A stretch of 29,428 nucleotides of DNA, taken from the IMG/VR virus record IMGVR_UViG_3300032214_000073, positions 1 through 29,428 of that record; one strand, written 5' to 3'. The notes under the pieces were generated by a model that saw only the letters and a list, made by a program, of their open reading frames with translations, ran no database searches and had not been told where the DNA came from. The stretch is from a virus. Taxonomy: Duplodnaviria > Caudoviricetes. The position numbers and the translations under genes were made by a program. Shown piece after piece: positions 8,744-17,095 of this stretch (the stretch's first letter is position 1; every line of letters begins with the position of its first letter).

Positions 8744-11464
8744 TTATGGCTTGTAATATCTTATCTCAATAGGTGTGTAGAATAGCAAGTTATCTGCTAA
8801 GCCTACACCTATTTGAGTTGTGTTAATAACTATTGTATTGTTGGTCACATTGTATAGTGCTGAGATAAGGCAGTCAAAAATAGTGTTGCTTACCATTACT
8901 ACTATCTCACTCGGTAGGATAGTACCTATGTCATAATTTTGTATAGTGCCTAGGTAATCTCCTGCACCAACTCGAGTCCATACTATGTCTCCAAAGCTAG
9001 ACTCTTTCACGTCAACTGTTGGGTTAGCTGTTCCGCTTTGATTAAGTAGTGCAACATAGCTAAAGTATGGAGGGTCAACAGGTATGCCATTGATTGTACC
9101 ATACACTCTCAAGTTATCAGTGTAGATACCATCCTCTTCTATCGTAGCATCATCTGCCACCACTACTACCTTGAGCCCAGGGTTAACATTGTTACCCTTT
9201 CCTGTGACTAATCCCGATGTACTGTTAGGTATGATGTTGCTGTTGGCAGTCTTAGTCTTAATGATCGTATCATTGGCCACTTGAGTTATGGGACCCACAC
9301 TACCTGTACCTACACCTGGTGATGGGGAGCCAAGAGCAAAGGGCATCAAGTTCACCTCATTGTCTATGCTGATAAGTTCTACCTGTGTGAGCTGATTGCC
9401 ATTGGCATTGTAATCTATGACCTTGTTAATGTTCCACCATGAGTTATCAATGCGTATCTTATCATTGAGCTCCAATGGTTGGATGTCAGACTCTTTAAGA
9501 TTAAAGAATGCAGTCAACATCTTACCGTTGTTTATCTGCCCCATGGTACGTCTCCAGTACCTGTTGTAGAGATTGTTCTGCGTTAAGGTACTTGGCATGT
9601 AGTAGTAGTATGCACAAGTCGCAAAATTCAAATCCCATGTAGGGTTGAGTGGGTCATCAAAGTGTCCAACATACGGGTAGCTTGTGACGTTGGTCATACC
9701 CGTAGTACCATAGTCAAAGATGTTAAACCCTTGGCATGTGGTTAGTCCTACCTCCGCTGTTGAGTCATACAGGATACGGATGTTAGTATCAGGCTGTGCA
9801 CCTGCTAACATTGGAACGTATGCACCAAAGACTGTATCAATGATTGGTGTAGGGCTGAATAGAACATCCTTAGTAGTTACATCCTTGACATACTCATTGT
9901 CAAACACTACCTCTGCCTGCCCGTATATTTGATTGGTAGCATTCGTGTAGATGGTATTGGCTCCATCCTTATCTGCCTTGTATGTTAGAATTACTTTCTT
10001 ACTCGTTAGTTCAGGGAGGAATGACAGTGACTGCTCTCTATCCTTGGCTAGTAGCAAGGTCCAATCTACCTCTTTACCTGCATCGTAGTAATCATCCCTG
10101 TGGATGAGGTTGAGCAGGTTAGGCTGTGACTTGTCCACCTCAGCATAGAGGTTGAACATGTTAAAGATAGCCTTAACAAATTCATTCTGCTTTATCTTCT
10201 TAGGCACATAGTCATTCACATCAATGGTACCACCAATGGCCACGATGTTACTGCTAGGGGTGATGGTTATCTTAGCTGATAATATGTTTAGTGCTAGCTG
10301 TACGTTGGGTGTGTAGAATGTACTTAACGAACTTTGTACAGCCTGTATCTGCATCTGTACGTTGGTGAGCTGATTCAGTATGTTAGGGTCACTCAACTGT
10401 TGGGTGAACGCTACCGTATCAGTTGCGAATGTAGTTGTACCTACAGGTACGGATGCTGGCCCCACATGAGTAGGTCCTTGCACAATAAAGTTGTTGTATG
10501 TGTTCCGGTACTTGACCCTGTAGAATGGAGGTAATGATACTGTTGCAGGAACAGTTCCCGTGTTGATGAGGTCAAGGGTGTAGCTTACCACCACATTAAA
10601 CTCATAGTACTGTGCATTGGCAGAACTGATGTTAAACGGTGTAGTGTAAATCCCTGTGATAGGGTCAAAGATACCCTGTAAATCTTCTATCTCCGTTAAG
10701 CCTGCAAAGGTATAGAATGGGGTTTGCTGTACTACCTGAGCAGGTGAGGTTACTGTGCTAGGTGTAGTCTTTTCAGCTCGCACCACATAGTCTAAATAAT
10801 CAAAGTTATCTATCCCTCCATTGTATGGAATGACTAGCTTGTCAAACTTGGTAGCACTAAGGCTAGCCCAATTGTACTGAAACCCTGAGTCACTGAATAT
10901 CCTATCGAAGTAAGTCTTAGCAAAGATGGCAGGCTTAAATTCCTGTGTGGTGTAGAACACATCCCCACTACCTGGGAGGAAGTACTTGAAGCCATCCACC
11001 ACCGTATTGCTAAACCTGTTCACTACATTGAATGCATCGTATGTATGGTTGAGGTCACTGAAGTCTATATCGGTTAGCTCCTTGTTATTGATGGCTGTAA
11101 AGAAGTCTGCTTTGCTTTCCTTGACCAATACCTCATACTCCACATGCTCCTCGTATGCATCGGTAACCTGTACCTTTTTAACTGCTGTGAGCTGTAGGCT
11201 TGCATCCTCCATGACAGGTATTCCATCCTGTATAACTGAACAGGTAGTGACTGCATTGATGTCAAAGGTACCGGCAATGATGTTAACATCATAGTAGTGA
11301 TTAAGCAGGTCGTTGTTGTTCTTACTGCCTACCAATGTAATGGTCTTAGAAAAGTTACCTTTCCTTGAAGAGATATCTCTAATGTCCCCTACCTGAAAGT
11401 TAAGAGGGAATGATGTACCCTCCTTTACCTCAAGGTAGCCCGTTGCTAATTGTATCTTAACCAT
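8744..11464 (-). CDS. Large tail-tip/baseplate hub protein
   Basis: 906 aa, beta-rich, next to the tape measure gene; N-terminal DIRDISSRKGNFSKTITL motif and a C-terminal appended YVALLNQSGTANP...WTRVGAGDY domain. Confidence 0.65.
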   Translation of the reverse strand: MVKIQLATGYLEVKEGTSFPLNFQVGDIRDISSRKGNFSKTITLVGSKNNNDLLNHYYDVNIIAGTFDINAVTTCSVIQDGIPVMEDASLQLTAVKKVQVTDAYEEHVEYEVLVKESKADFFTAINNKELTDIDFSDLNHTYDAFNVVNRFSNTVVDGFKYFLPGSGDVFYTTQEFKPAIFAKTYFDRIFSDSGFQYNWASLSATKFDKLVIPYNGGIDNFDYLDYVVRAEKTTPSTVTSPAQVVQQTPFYTFAGLTEIEDLQGIFDPITGIYTTPFNISSANAQYYEFNVVVSYTLDLINTGTVPATVSLPPFYRVKYRNTYNNFIVQGPTHVGPASVPVGTTTFATDTVAFTQQLSDPNILNQLTNVQMQIQAVQSSLSTFYTPNVQLALNILSAKITITPSSNIVAIGGTIDVNDYVPKKIKQNEFVKAIFNMFNLYAEVDKSQPNLLNLIHRDDYYDAGKEVDWTLLLAKDREQSLSFLPELTSKKVILTYKADKDGANTIYTNATNQIYGQAEVVFDNEYVKDVTTKDVLFSPTPIIDTVFGAYVPMLAGAQPDTNIRILYDSTAEVGLTTCQGFNIFDYGTTGMTNVTSYPYVGHFDDPLNPTWDLNFATCAYYYYMPSTLTQNNLYNRYWRRTMGQINNGKMLTAFFNLKESDIQPLELNDKIRIDNSWWNINKVIDYNANGNQLTQVELISIDNEVNLMPFALGSPSPGVGTGSVGPITQVANDTIIKTKTANSNIIPNSTSGLVTGKGNNVNPGLKVVVVADDATIEEDGIYTDNLRVYGTINGIPVDPPYFSYVALLNQSGTANPTVDVKESSFGDIVWTRVGAGDYLGTIQNYDIGTILPSEIVVMVSNTIFDCLISALYNVTNNTIVINTTQIGVGLADNLLFYTPIEIRYYKP

Positions 11465-12908
11465 TTACTATATCGTTATTGGCTAGCTTAATTGTAATGC
11501 TCTGCTTAATCAAGTTCTTATTCCGTTGCTTGAATTTCTCGTAGTTAGATGTCACGATGTTACAGCTCACATACTCTGTACTTGCAGGGATGTCACAGCT
11601 CTCATCGTAGTTGCTTATCTTGAAGTAGGTGTATGGTGAACTGACAAGCTCAGTGAAGTACTCAGCCATCTGCTCATTCATCCAATTGGTATTTAGGTCG
11701 ATGGTGTTATCTACACTCACATAGCTGTTGATGTAGCCTCTATCTGTGAGGTCATAGGTCCACTCACTTGAGTCAATGTATCCTGCTACATCCTGATTGT
11801 ACTGCTCACGTGTTACGTTGCCTCTCTCATAGTATCTGCCTGTGAATGCAAAGCTACCCCATGAACCATAGCGGTCAAGGAAGATAATGCTAATCTCTTT
11901 AGTCTGGACTCTACGATCTATGTTTACTCTGTAGCTCTGTGTGACCTGATTGCCATTGTGCTCATAGTAGAACTCATACCACTCAGTGGTAGGCTTAATC
12001 AATGGCAGTGTTCCTGTTACCACTGTCAAGGTGCCTGCATTGTTTGGACCTACTGCGTTCCCTGTTACGTGGTCAGTGGCTAATACTGATTTCTCAAATA
12101 TCTCAGCTGCATCATTGGTGAATATAATCTTGTGTGTACCTGGTCCTGGGCCACCATAGACTGCGTTCATCCAAAGGTCTTGAGATAAGGTAGCATAGAA
12201 CTCCTGAGCAGGGATAGAGCTAAGGAACTTATCTGTTGGAGATGTGAGGTAGTAATCTTGAAATTGGTAGCTAGGCCATTGTGTCCAAGGGATAGCTCCA
12301 TTAAACACATAGTTGTTCAGGTCAGTTATGATATCTCTTGTGATTGTCTTTCTACCATCGGCATAAGTTACATCTCCATTGATGGTTGCATTGGTTACCA
12401 ATGACCATGCACTGTTAACTACAAAGAAACCAACCCCCACTGATAGCACAGTGAAGAGGCCCTCAAGGCTAGGGTTAGCTACACCACCATCTGCTTGAGC
12501 TATGACTATTTGGTCACCTACCACAAAGGTATTGGCTACATTTATCTGAACGTTGCCAGCATTGTTGGTAAGGTTAGAGAAGTACTGCACAATGGTAAGG
12601 TACTCTTCACCTACCTTGACATCATACTTGTAGTGGCTGTTAGGTGCATCGTACACCGTGGTGTTGAATGGGAATAGGTCAAAGCTAACCTTGGATTGTA
12701 AGAGCTTGCTTAGGTCAATCTCCCCGTAGAATGTTGAGGCATTAGGTAGCACCCTGTACTCTGCTATCTTGTTAGCTGTTCCACTCTCATAGATGTCAAA
12801 GATAAACTTGAAACCTGCAAAGCCAGAGTTAGTGCTTGCATAGAAATACTTTACCGGGTTGTACGCAGGAGTTAATACCTGCGGTACAGCTATTGAGAAC
12901 ATTGCCAT
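11457..12908 (-). CDS. Tail structural protein (distal-tail-like)
   Basis: 483 aa, first gene of the tail operon, beta-rich; C-terminal FLDRYGSWGSFAF...LNTNWM...ELVSSP segment. Confidence 0.55.
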   Translation of the reverse strand: MAMFSIAVPQVLTPAYNPVKYFYASTNSGFAGFKFIFDIYESGTANKIAEYRVLPNASTFYGEIDLSKLLQSKVSFDLFPFNTTVYDAPNSHYKYDVKVGEEYLTIVQYFSNLTNNAGNVQINVANTFVVGDQIVIAQADGGVANPSLEGLFTVLSVGVGFFVVNSAWSLVTNATINGDVTYADGRKTITRDIITDLNNYVFNGAIPWTQWPSYQFQDYYLTSPTDKFLSSIPAQEFYATLSQDLWMNAVYGGPGPGTHKIIFTNDAAEIFEKSVLATDHVTGNAVGPNNAGTLTVVTGTLPLIKPTTEWYEFYYEHNGNQVTQSYRVNIDRRVQTKEISIIFLDRYGSWGSFAFTGRYYERGNVTREQYNQDVAGYIDSSEWTYDLTDRGYINSYVSVDNTIDLNTNWMNEQMAEYFTELVSSPYTYFKISNYDESCDIPASTEYVSCNIVTSNYEKFKQRNKNLIKQSITIKLANNDIVNG

Positions 12909-12938
12909 ACCTATATTATTTTATCCTGGTGTTTTGTT
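12909..12938 (-). promoter_or_regulatory. Candidate phage late promoter (AACA-N16-TAATATAGGT) for the tail operon
   Basis: Minus strand AAACA-AAACACCAGGATAAAA-TAATATAGGT-ATG(12908); fills the 31-nt gap after terL. Confidence 0.75.
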
Positions 12939-12939
12939 T

Positions 12940-14091
12940 CTAAAAAGCATAGTAACTATCATCGGTGTAGTACTCCTGTCTTATGTGAGTGGTCGCGTAC
13001 CTGATTGCATCCATTGCATCATCCCACATCTTGACCGGCTCATCAGTGATCATGTCCCCTACTTTTTTCCACTTGTAATTCTCATACTCTTTACGTATGG
13101 CCTTATCATCTTGGCATAGCACCCCAAAGGTCTTGATGTTGTCGATACCTTTCTTGACTACCTTGTTTGCGTTCTGCACATCATACCCTGCATTGTTCAG
13201 CTCTGCTATTATTTCAGGCCTTGCATAGTCAGCTACAATGGTAACCGTCTTTTCTACGTTGAAGCTTTGCATCTTATCAATGAGCATTGGAGTAGTGAGG
13301 TAGCTCTCATATATGACAGGCTCAATGTAGATGTCATTGTCACACCAATAGACACGCATCAAAGCTGTGGGGTGATTGTATCCAAAGTCCAACCCATAGA
13401 CGTAGTTGACAAACCTAGCAGGACGATGAGGAATGAATGACCAGTTAGAGTAGATGTTACTCTTGCTGATTGCTTTCTCACCTAGGGCATAGATTTGATA
13501 TAGTGCCTCATCCGTTCTCTTGAGGTCCTCTATCTGTGACCTAATGCTTTGAGGTAGGAATGGGTTATCTTTGTAGGTAGATTTGATTAGCACACTCTCC
13601 TCCGTTGGTAGCTCATACAGCCATGAGGTGCTCTCACTTGGGTTGTAGTCAAAGATTAGCTTAGACTCAGTCCTCATGTTGAGCTGAGTGAAATCATCGA
13701 AGTACAGCTCATTGGCTTCGTTACACCATGCTATGTCTCTCTTCCTACCCCGTATCTTCTGCTCATCATCCACACTAAAGAACTCCACAATGGATCCATT
13801 AGGGAACGTGTAGATATGCTCACTCTTATTGTGGTCCTCCACTGAGTAGATGTTCAGCTCCTTGAGTATCTCAATGAAGTCCCTGAGCACTGTAGCCCTT
13901 AGAGCAGGGAACGTCTTTCTAATGATAGATACTACCTTGTTGTTGTTCTGCAGGCAGTAGATGATAACCAACTGACAAAGGCTGTATGTCTTGGAGGAAC
14001 GTGAGCCACCCTCGTTAATTACGAACCTAAGGCTAGGGTCATTCAGTGCCTCGTAGTTTTTCTCAAATATGACCGTGCTCTTTATCTCCAT
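12940..14091 (-). CDS. terL: Terminase large subunit (PBSX/SPP1-like)
   Basis: Walker A GGSRSSKT, Walker B AWCNEANE, motif III DYNP, nuclease GLDFGY and DDAMDAIRY. Confidence 0.95.
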   Translation of the reverse strand: MEIKSTVIFEKNYEALNDPSLRFVINEGGSRSSKTYSLCQLVIIYCLQNNNKVVSIIRKTFPALRATVLRDFIEILKELNIYSVEDHNKSEHIYTFPNGSIVEFFSVDDEQKIRGRKRDIAWCNEANELYFDDFTQLNMRTESKLIFDYNPSESTSWLYELPTEESVLIKSTYKDNPFLPQSIRSQIEDLKRTDEALYQIYALGEKAISKSNIYSNWSFIPHRPARFVNYVYGLDFGYNHPTALMRVYWCDNDIYIEPVIYESYLTTPMLIDKMQSFNVEKTVTIVADYARPEIIAELNNAGYDVQNANKVVKKGIDNIKTFGVLCQDDKAIRKEYENYKWKKVGDMITDEPVKMWDDAMDAIRYATTHIRQEYYTDDSYYAF

Positions 14092-14233
14092 TAGATGCTA
14101 TTTGGTATGCATGCATTAACATAGCCATCTGCCTGCCATCACTTGCTACAGCTTTTCTATCTATCTTTACCTGGACACCTTTCATTCGGTAGATGTAGTC
14201 CTCCACCACTGCACACATGAAATCAATCTGCAT
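14063..14233 (-). CDS. Small hypothetical protein (56 aa) between terS and terL
   Basis: MQIDFMCAVVEDYIYRMKGVQVKIDRKAVASDGRQMAMLMHAYQIASNGDKEHGHI*; fills the gap and overlaps both neighbours. Confidence 0.55.
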   Translation of the reverse strand: MQIDFMCAVVEDYIYRMKGVQVKIDRKAVASDGRQMAMLMHAYQIASNGDKEHGHI

Positions 14234-14645
14234 CAGGCCGTACTATGGTCACCTTGATGCTGTCAATCTTTTCTCCCTTGGTTGTTGTGTCCACCCGTTC
14301 AGTTAGGTTGTTGAGTCGTTGAGTAATGGATGCATTGTACTGCCCTGTCATGCCTCCCTCGATTTGGTCCATGCGGATTGCTTCCTCTATGCGTGAGCAG
14401 ATTGTCGTGTACGCTGAATATCTCCCCTCGTAGTTTGCAAAATAATCCTGGACACTTTGCCCCTTATCTGCAGCAAAAGTCCTGAAACCCACTTGAGTAA
14501 GCGGCCTTTCTAATGGCACTGCTGTAGCTTCACCCGTCTTAGTAGATAAAGAATAGGAGTACCTAGGGTTTTCTTTACACCATCTCTTGTAGGCTTCAAA
14601 TAGATCCCACATTGCTTCAGGGGTCTCGATGTGTTTAGGCCTCAT
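14223..14645 (-). CDS. terS: Terminase small subunit (P22 gp3-like DNA-packaging protein)
   Basis: RPKHIETPEAMWDLFEAY, RPLTQVGF and IEGGMTGQYNASITQRL match gp3-type TerS patterns; upstream of terL. Confidence 0.85.
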   Translation of the reverse strand: MRPKHIETPEAMWDLFEAYKRWCKENPRYSYSLSTKTGEATAVPLERPLTQVGFRTFAADKGQSVQDYFANYEGRYSAYTTICSRIEEAIRMDQIEGGMTGQYNASITQRLNNLTERVDTTTKGEKIDSIKVTIVRPDAD

Positions 14646-14841
14646 TACCCTCGTTCTCTACTGCTTTGTACTTTTTACTCTTAGGCTCTGCATCTTCAAA
14701 GAGATAGCCAAAACCTACCGATGTTAAATACTCTGCTTGTTCAGCAGTTTCTTCTGTTACCGTGAATGGAGTTTCAAACCCCAACGGATTGTACCGGACC
14801 ATGTACTGGCCTAGATACTCATTCTTTACTTTCTTTGTCAT
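14635..14841 (-). CDS. Hypothetical protein (68 aa)
   Basis: Track ORF 14635..14910; the start at 14841 (MTKKVKNEYLG) is preferred because the upstream part is occupied by another gene. Confidence 0.6.
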   Translation of the reverse strand: MTKKVKNEYLGQYMVRYNPLGFETPFTVTEETAEQAEYLTSVGFGYLFEDAEPKSKKYKAVENEGNEA

Positions 14842-14995
14842 ATTCGTATTGTTCTGTAAATAGCCATGCGTAATAAAGTATGACCCATACCCCAAAGGCC
14901 CTGCATCCATAAAAGTAGTTATCTCTCACTAGAAAGAATGCACCAGTCAAGGCAGTGAATGTTGCCAAGATACTAATTATTTGAGATAGTCTCAT
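14819..14995 (-). CDS. Small two-TM membrane protein (58 aa), first gene of the packaging operon
   Basis: MRLSQIISILATFTALTGAFFLVRDNYFYGCRAFGVWVILYYAWLFTEQYEYDKESKE*; its ATG directly abuts a late-promoter motif. Confidence 0.65.
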   Translation of the reverse strand: MRLSQIISILATFTALTGAFFLVRDNYFYGCRAFGVWVILYYAWLFTEQYEYDKESKE

Positions 14996-15518
14996 ACCTA
15001 TATTGTAATTTGCGTAAATTTTGTTTAATTTCTTTAATCAGATAGTGTGCTGAGGTAACAGGAATATCAAAGTACTTAGCCATTGCTCGAGCTGTGGTAT
15101 ATCCCTTGTCGATGTATGCCTCAAATACTATCCTGTGAACGTGGTCCACTATCTCACTGCGGTATATTTCAATCATCCCCTTGTGAGTGCTGTAGATTTT
15201 ATCTTCCAATATCTTAGCATGTAGATCCTGCTCATCATCCACCTCATCTTTATCCTCATACTCCATGGAGTTCACCCTATCATCCTTGTGGCTCAGTGAC
15301 GTGTTCCATAGAATTTGGTACTTTATGGTGTTGAGTAGATAGCTCTTCACCTGGTCCTCACTCTCAGCATCCTCATTGATGGTCAGTACATGCAGGTAAC
15401 TATTGTTGATAACTGTGTCCGCCTCGATATTGCTCCCCATCTTAGAGAGAAAGTACAGGGTGTAAGCCCTGACCTCATCGTAGTGGTTACTGATGTACCT
15501 GTCTAAGACTTTTTTCAT
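14973..15518 (-). CDS. ECF-like RNA polymerase sigma factor (regions 2 and 4 only), putative late sigma
   Basis: 181 aa; region-2-like HYDEVRAY...EADTVINNSYLHVL...VKSYLLNTIKYQ and region-4-like HRIVFEAYIDKGYTTARAMAKYFDIPVTSAHYLIKEIKQNLRK; located at the early/late boundary. Confidence 0.7.
   Translation of the reverse strand: MKKVLDRYISNHYDEVRAYTLYFLSKMGSNIEADTVINNSYLHVLTINEDAESEDQVKSYLLNTIKYQILWNTSLSHKDDRVNSMEYEDKDEVDDEQDLHAKILEDKIYSTHKGMIEIYRSEIVDHVHRIVFEAYIDKGYTTARAMAKYFDIPVTSAHYLIKEIKQNLRKLQYRYETISNN
14996..15025 (-). promoter_or_regulatory. Candidate phage late promoter (AACA-N16-CAATATAGGT) inside the sigma gene 3' end
   Basis: Minus strand AAACA-AAATTTACGCAAATTA-CAATATAGGT-ATG(14995). 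Confidence 0.7.
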
Positions 15519-15705
15519 ACCATACCATGAAGTCCTTGTACCACACTTTCCGCCTCACTGATGCACAGAAACATTCCCTAGGCTGTGGTCCATCATACTT
15601 GACCCGTATCTTGTAGAGCTGAACGCATGAATGCTTAGAGTATTTCACAGCATCTGCAGTACTATCAATTGAGTCTATTAGGTCTATGTCAGTTTGTTCA
15701 AACAT
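15487..15705 (-). CDS. Small Cys-containing hypothetical protein
   Basis: 72 aa with HSC and CFC; overlaps both neighbours. Confidence 0.6.
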   Translation of the reverse strand: MFEQTDIDLIDSIDSTADAVKYSKHSCVQLYKIRVKYDGPQPRECFCASVRRKVWYKDFMVWYEKSLRQVHQ

Positions 15706-15932
15706 AATTCAAGTAAATAGGCACCAATGGCTGCTTGACAAGCTAGGATAAAATCATGATGCCATGCCAATGTAAGCCAAAAGGCCACACACTTACTGCA
15801 ACTCAATGCATCTAGTAAGGGTATGGCCCATGTGCCTGGTCTTAAAGACATGTATACCCATGTCAAGGTTGCTTGTAGTGGTTCGAAATTGCACCACCAC
15901 CAAGCCAAAGGTATCAGAGTTAAGAGTTCCAT
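15684..15932 (-). CDS. Small membrane protein with CxxC motif
   Basis: 82 aa, hydrophobic, LSCSKCVAFW motif; preceded by TATATTTG. Confidence 0.6.
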   Translation of the reverse strand: MELLTLIPLAWWWCNFEPLQATLTWVYMSLRPGTWAIPLLDALSCSKCVAFWLTLAWHHDFILACQAAIGAYLLELCLNKLT

Positions 15933-16141
15933 TGCCTCAAATATACTCTAAAAAAGCTATCATAGATCTCTGTGCCTACATTTTTTCCTCTCATGAACCG
16001 GTATAGCTTGGCATAGTTGACATTCATATCCTCAGATAAGTGAGTTAACTTGTAGCGTTTGCCCAGCATTCCGTTAATCTCTCTTCTCATCCAATCGGAC
16101 AGCTGTTGGTCCTCAGAAAGGTAAATCGTCACTGCTCTCAT
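15920..16141 (-). CDS. Cro/XRE-like HTH DNA-binding protein
   Basis: KLTHLSEDMNVNYAKLYRFMRG resembles an HTH; start at 16141 (MRAVTIYL) preferred over the track start 16189 because of the shorter overlap. Confidence 0.55.
   Translation of the reverse strand: MRAVTIYLSEDQQLSDWMRREINGMLGKRYKLTHLSEDMNVNYAKLYRFMRGKNVGTEIYDSFFRVYLRQWNS
15938..15945 (-). promoter_or_regulatory. Bacteroidota-type -7 element for the sigma-factor operon
   Basis: Minus strand TATATTTG-AGGCA-ATG(15932). Confidence 0.5.
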
Positions 16142-16469
16142 CGGTAGTATCAAAAGTTTTTCGTAATTTATCAACAGCACTATTTTCAATCTTTGAGCTC
16201 AGGCTCATGGTCCAAGCCTCAATGGAGTTAAAGTACTTGATTGTACCATCCTGTGCCTCCCATTTGCGGCCTCTTAGGTTATACTGCACCTCTACCACTT
16301 CACCTGTTTTTAGGTTGTTTGCTAGATCGCATTTATCCTGGGTTAGTTGGAATGTTACGTACTGAGGATACTCATCCTGAGACTTCAGGGTTACTTCTCT
16401 TTTTTTGAATTTGTCAGATACTGACGTTGTAGGGGTAACGAATACCACCTCTCCTTTGAATTTACTCAT
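16113..16469 (-). CDS. Single-stranded DNA-binding protein (DUF3127-like OB fold)
   Basis: FKKREVTL, YPQYVTFQ, NLRGRKW and YFNSIEAW motifs plus an acidic DDLPF C-terminal tail. Confidence 0.85.
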   Translation of the reverse strand: MSKFKGEVVFVTPTTSVSDKFKKREVTLKSQDEYPQYVTFQLTQDKCDLANNLKTGEVVEVQYNLRGRKWEAQDGTIKYFNSIEAWTMSLSSKIENSAVDKLRKTFDTTDESSDDLPF

Positions 16470-16557
16470 GGTTGTTTATGTATTTGATATAGTTTATTGT
16501 GCTAATCCATCCCCACACTATTGCAGGGGCTAATAAAATTGCTGCTAATATAATCAT
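16462..16557 (-). CDS. Small single-TM protein (31 aa)
   Basis: MIILAAILLAPAIVWGWISTINYIKYINNHE*; ATGA overlap upstream and 8-nt overlap downstream. Confidence 0.5.
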   Translation of the reverse strand: MIILAAILLAPAIVWGWISTINYIKYINNHE

Positions 16558-16802
16558 TGTATTAAAGTTATTACTATTACTGTTCCTACTATGTACCCAA
16601 AAGACAGTGCAACTGCATTAAGTACTCTTTCACTCCAATTAGTAGCCTCTATCATGTACCCTAGAAACGGGAGCCCAAGGAATGGACCAATGGCTGCGAA
16701 TAATATCATACCAGGTGCATTGCCCTCTGATACAAATCTAATGTAAAATGTAGAGCATATCTCTATGACTAGAGCTGATAAGAAAATTATAGGGTATCTC
16801 AT
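16554..16802 (-). CDS. Small multi-TM membrane protein
   Basis: 82 aa with three hydrophobic segments; ATGA-coupled to the upstream gene. Confidence 0.6.
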   Translation of the reverse strand: MRYPIIFLSALVIEICSTFYIRFVSEGNAPGMILFAAIGPFLGLPFLGYMIEATNWSERVLNAVALSFGYIVGTVIVITLIQ

Positions 16803-17020
16803 TTGTCTAGGTTTATTTCGTTATCATTAAGGCTACTGATTAGAAAGTCCTGTATTTTCTCCACTATCTCATATTGTGCATCCGGTAGGTCTCCATACTT
16901 CAACATACTACGGAGCTCTGCTTTGAGCTCCCATAGTACATTTAGCATATCAGCACCTTTGATTGCACAGTAGTGTTCTGCCTGCTCATCAGGGAGTAGA
17001 AATTCTAGTGTTGCTTTCAT
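16799..17020 (-). CDS. Hypothetical protein
   Basis: 73 aa with an A-rich leader, coupled to the next gene. Confidence 0.65.
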   Translation of the reverse strand: MKATLEFLLPDEQAEHYCAIKGADMLNVLWELKAELRSMLKYGDLPDAQYEIVEKIQDFLISSLNDNEINLDK

Positions 17021-17038
17021 ATCATTTCTATTTAGTTA

Positions 17039-17095
17039 AAGGGGTAATTTTTACCCCTTATTATTAATCGAGGGCAATTTTTACCCTTATTATTT
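17039..17095. repeat. Tandem pair of palindromic elements
   Basis: AAGGGGTAA-TTT-TTACCCCTT (17039..17059, perfect 9-bp arms) and AGGGCAA-TTT-TTACCCT (17071..17087), both followed by TATTATT. Confidence 0.75.

Noticed and set aside
6554-8785. Several plus-strand ORFs opposite the tape measure gene (also 1826..2218, 5137..5511 and others)
   Set aside because: S/L/F/A-rich antisense shadows of biased codon usage, with no promoters or motifs.
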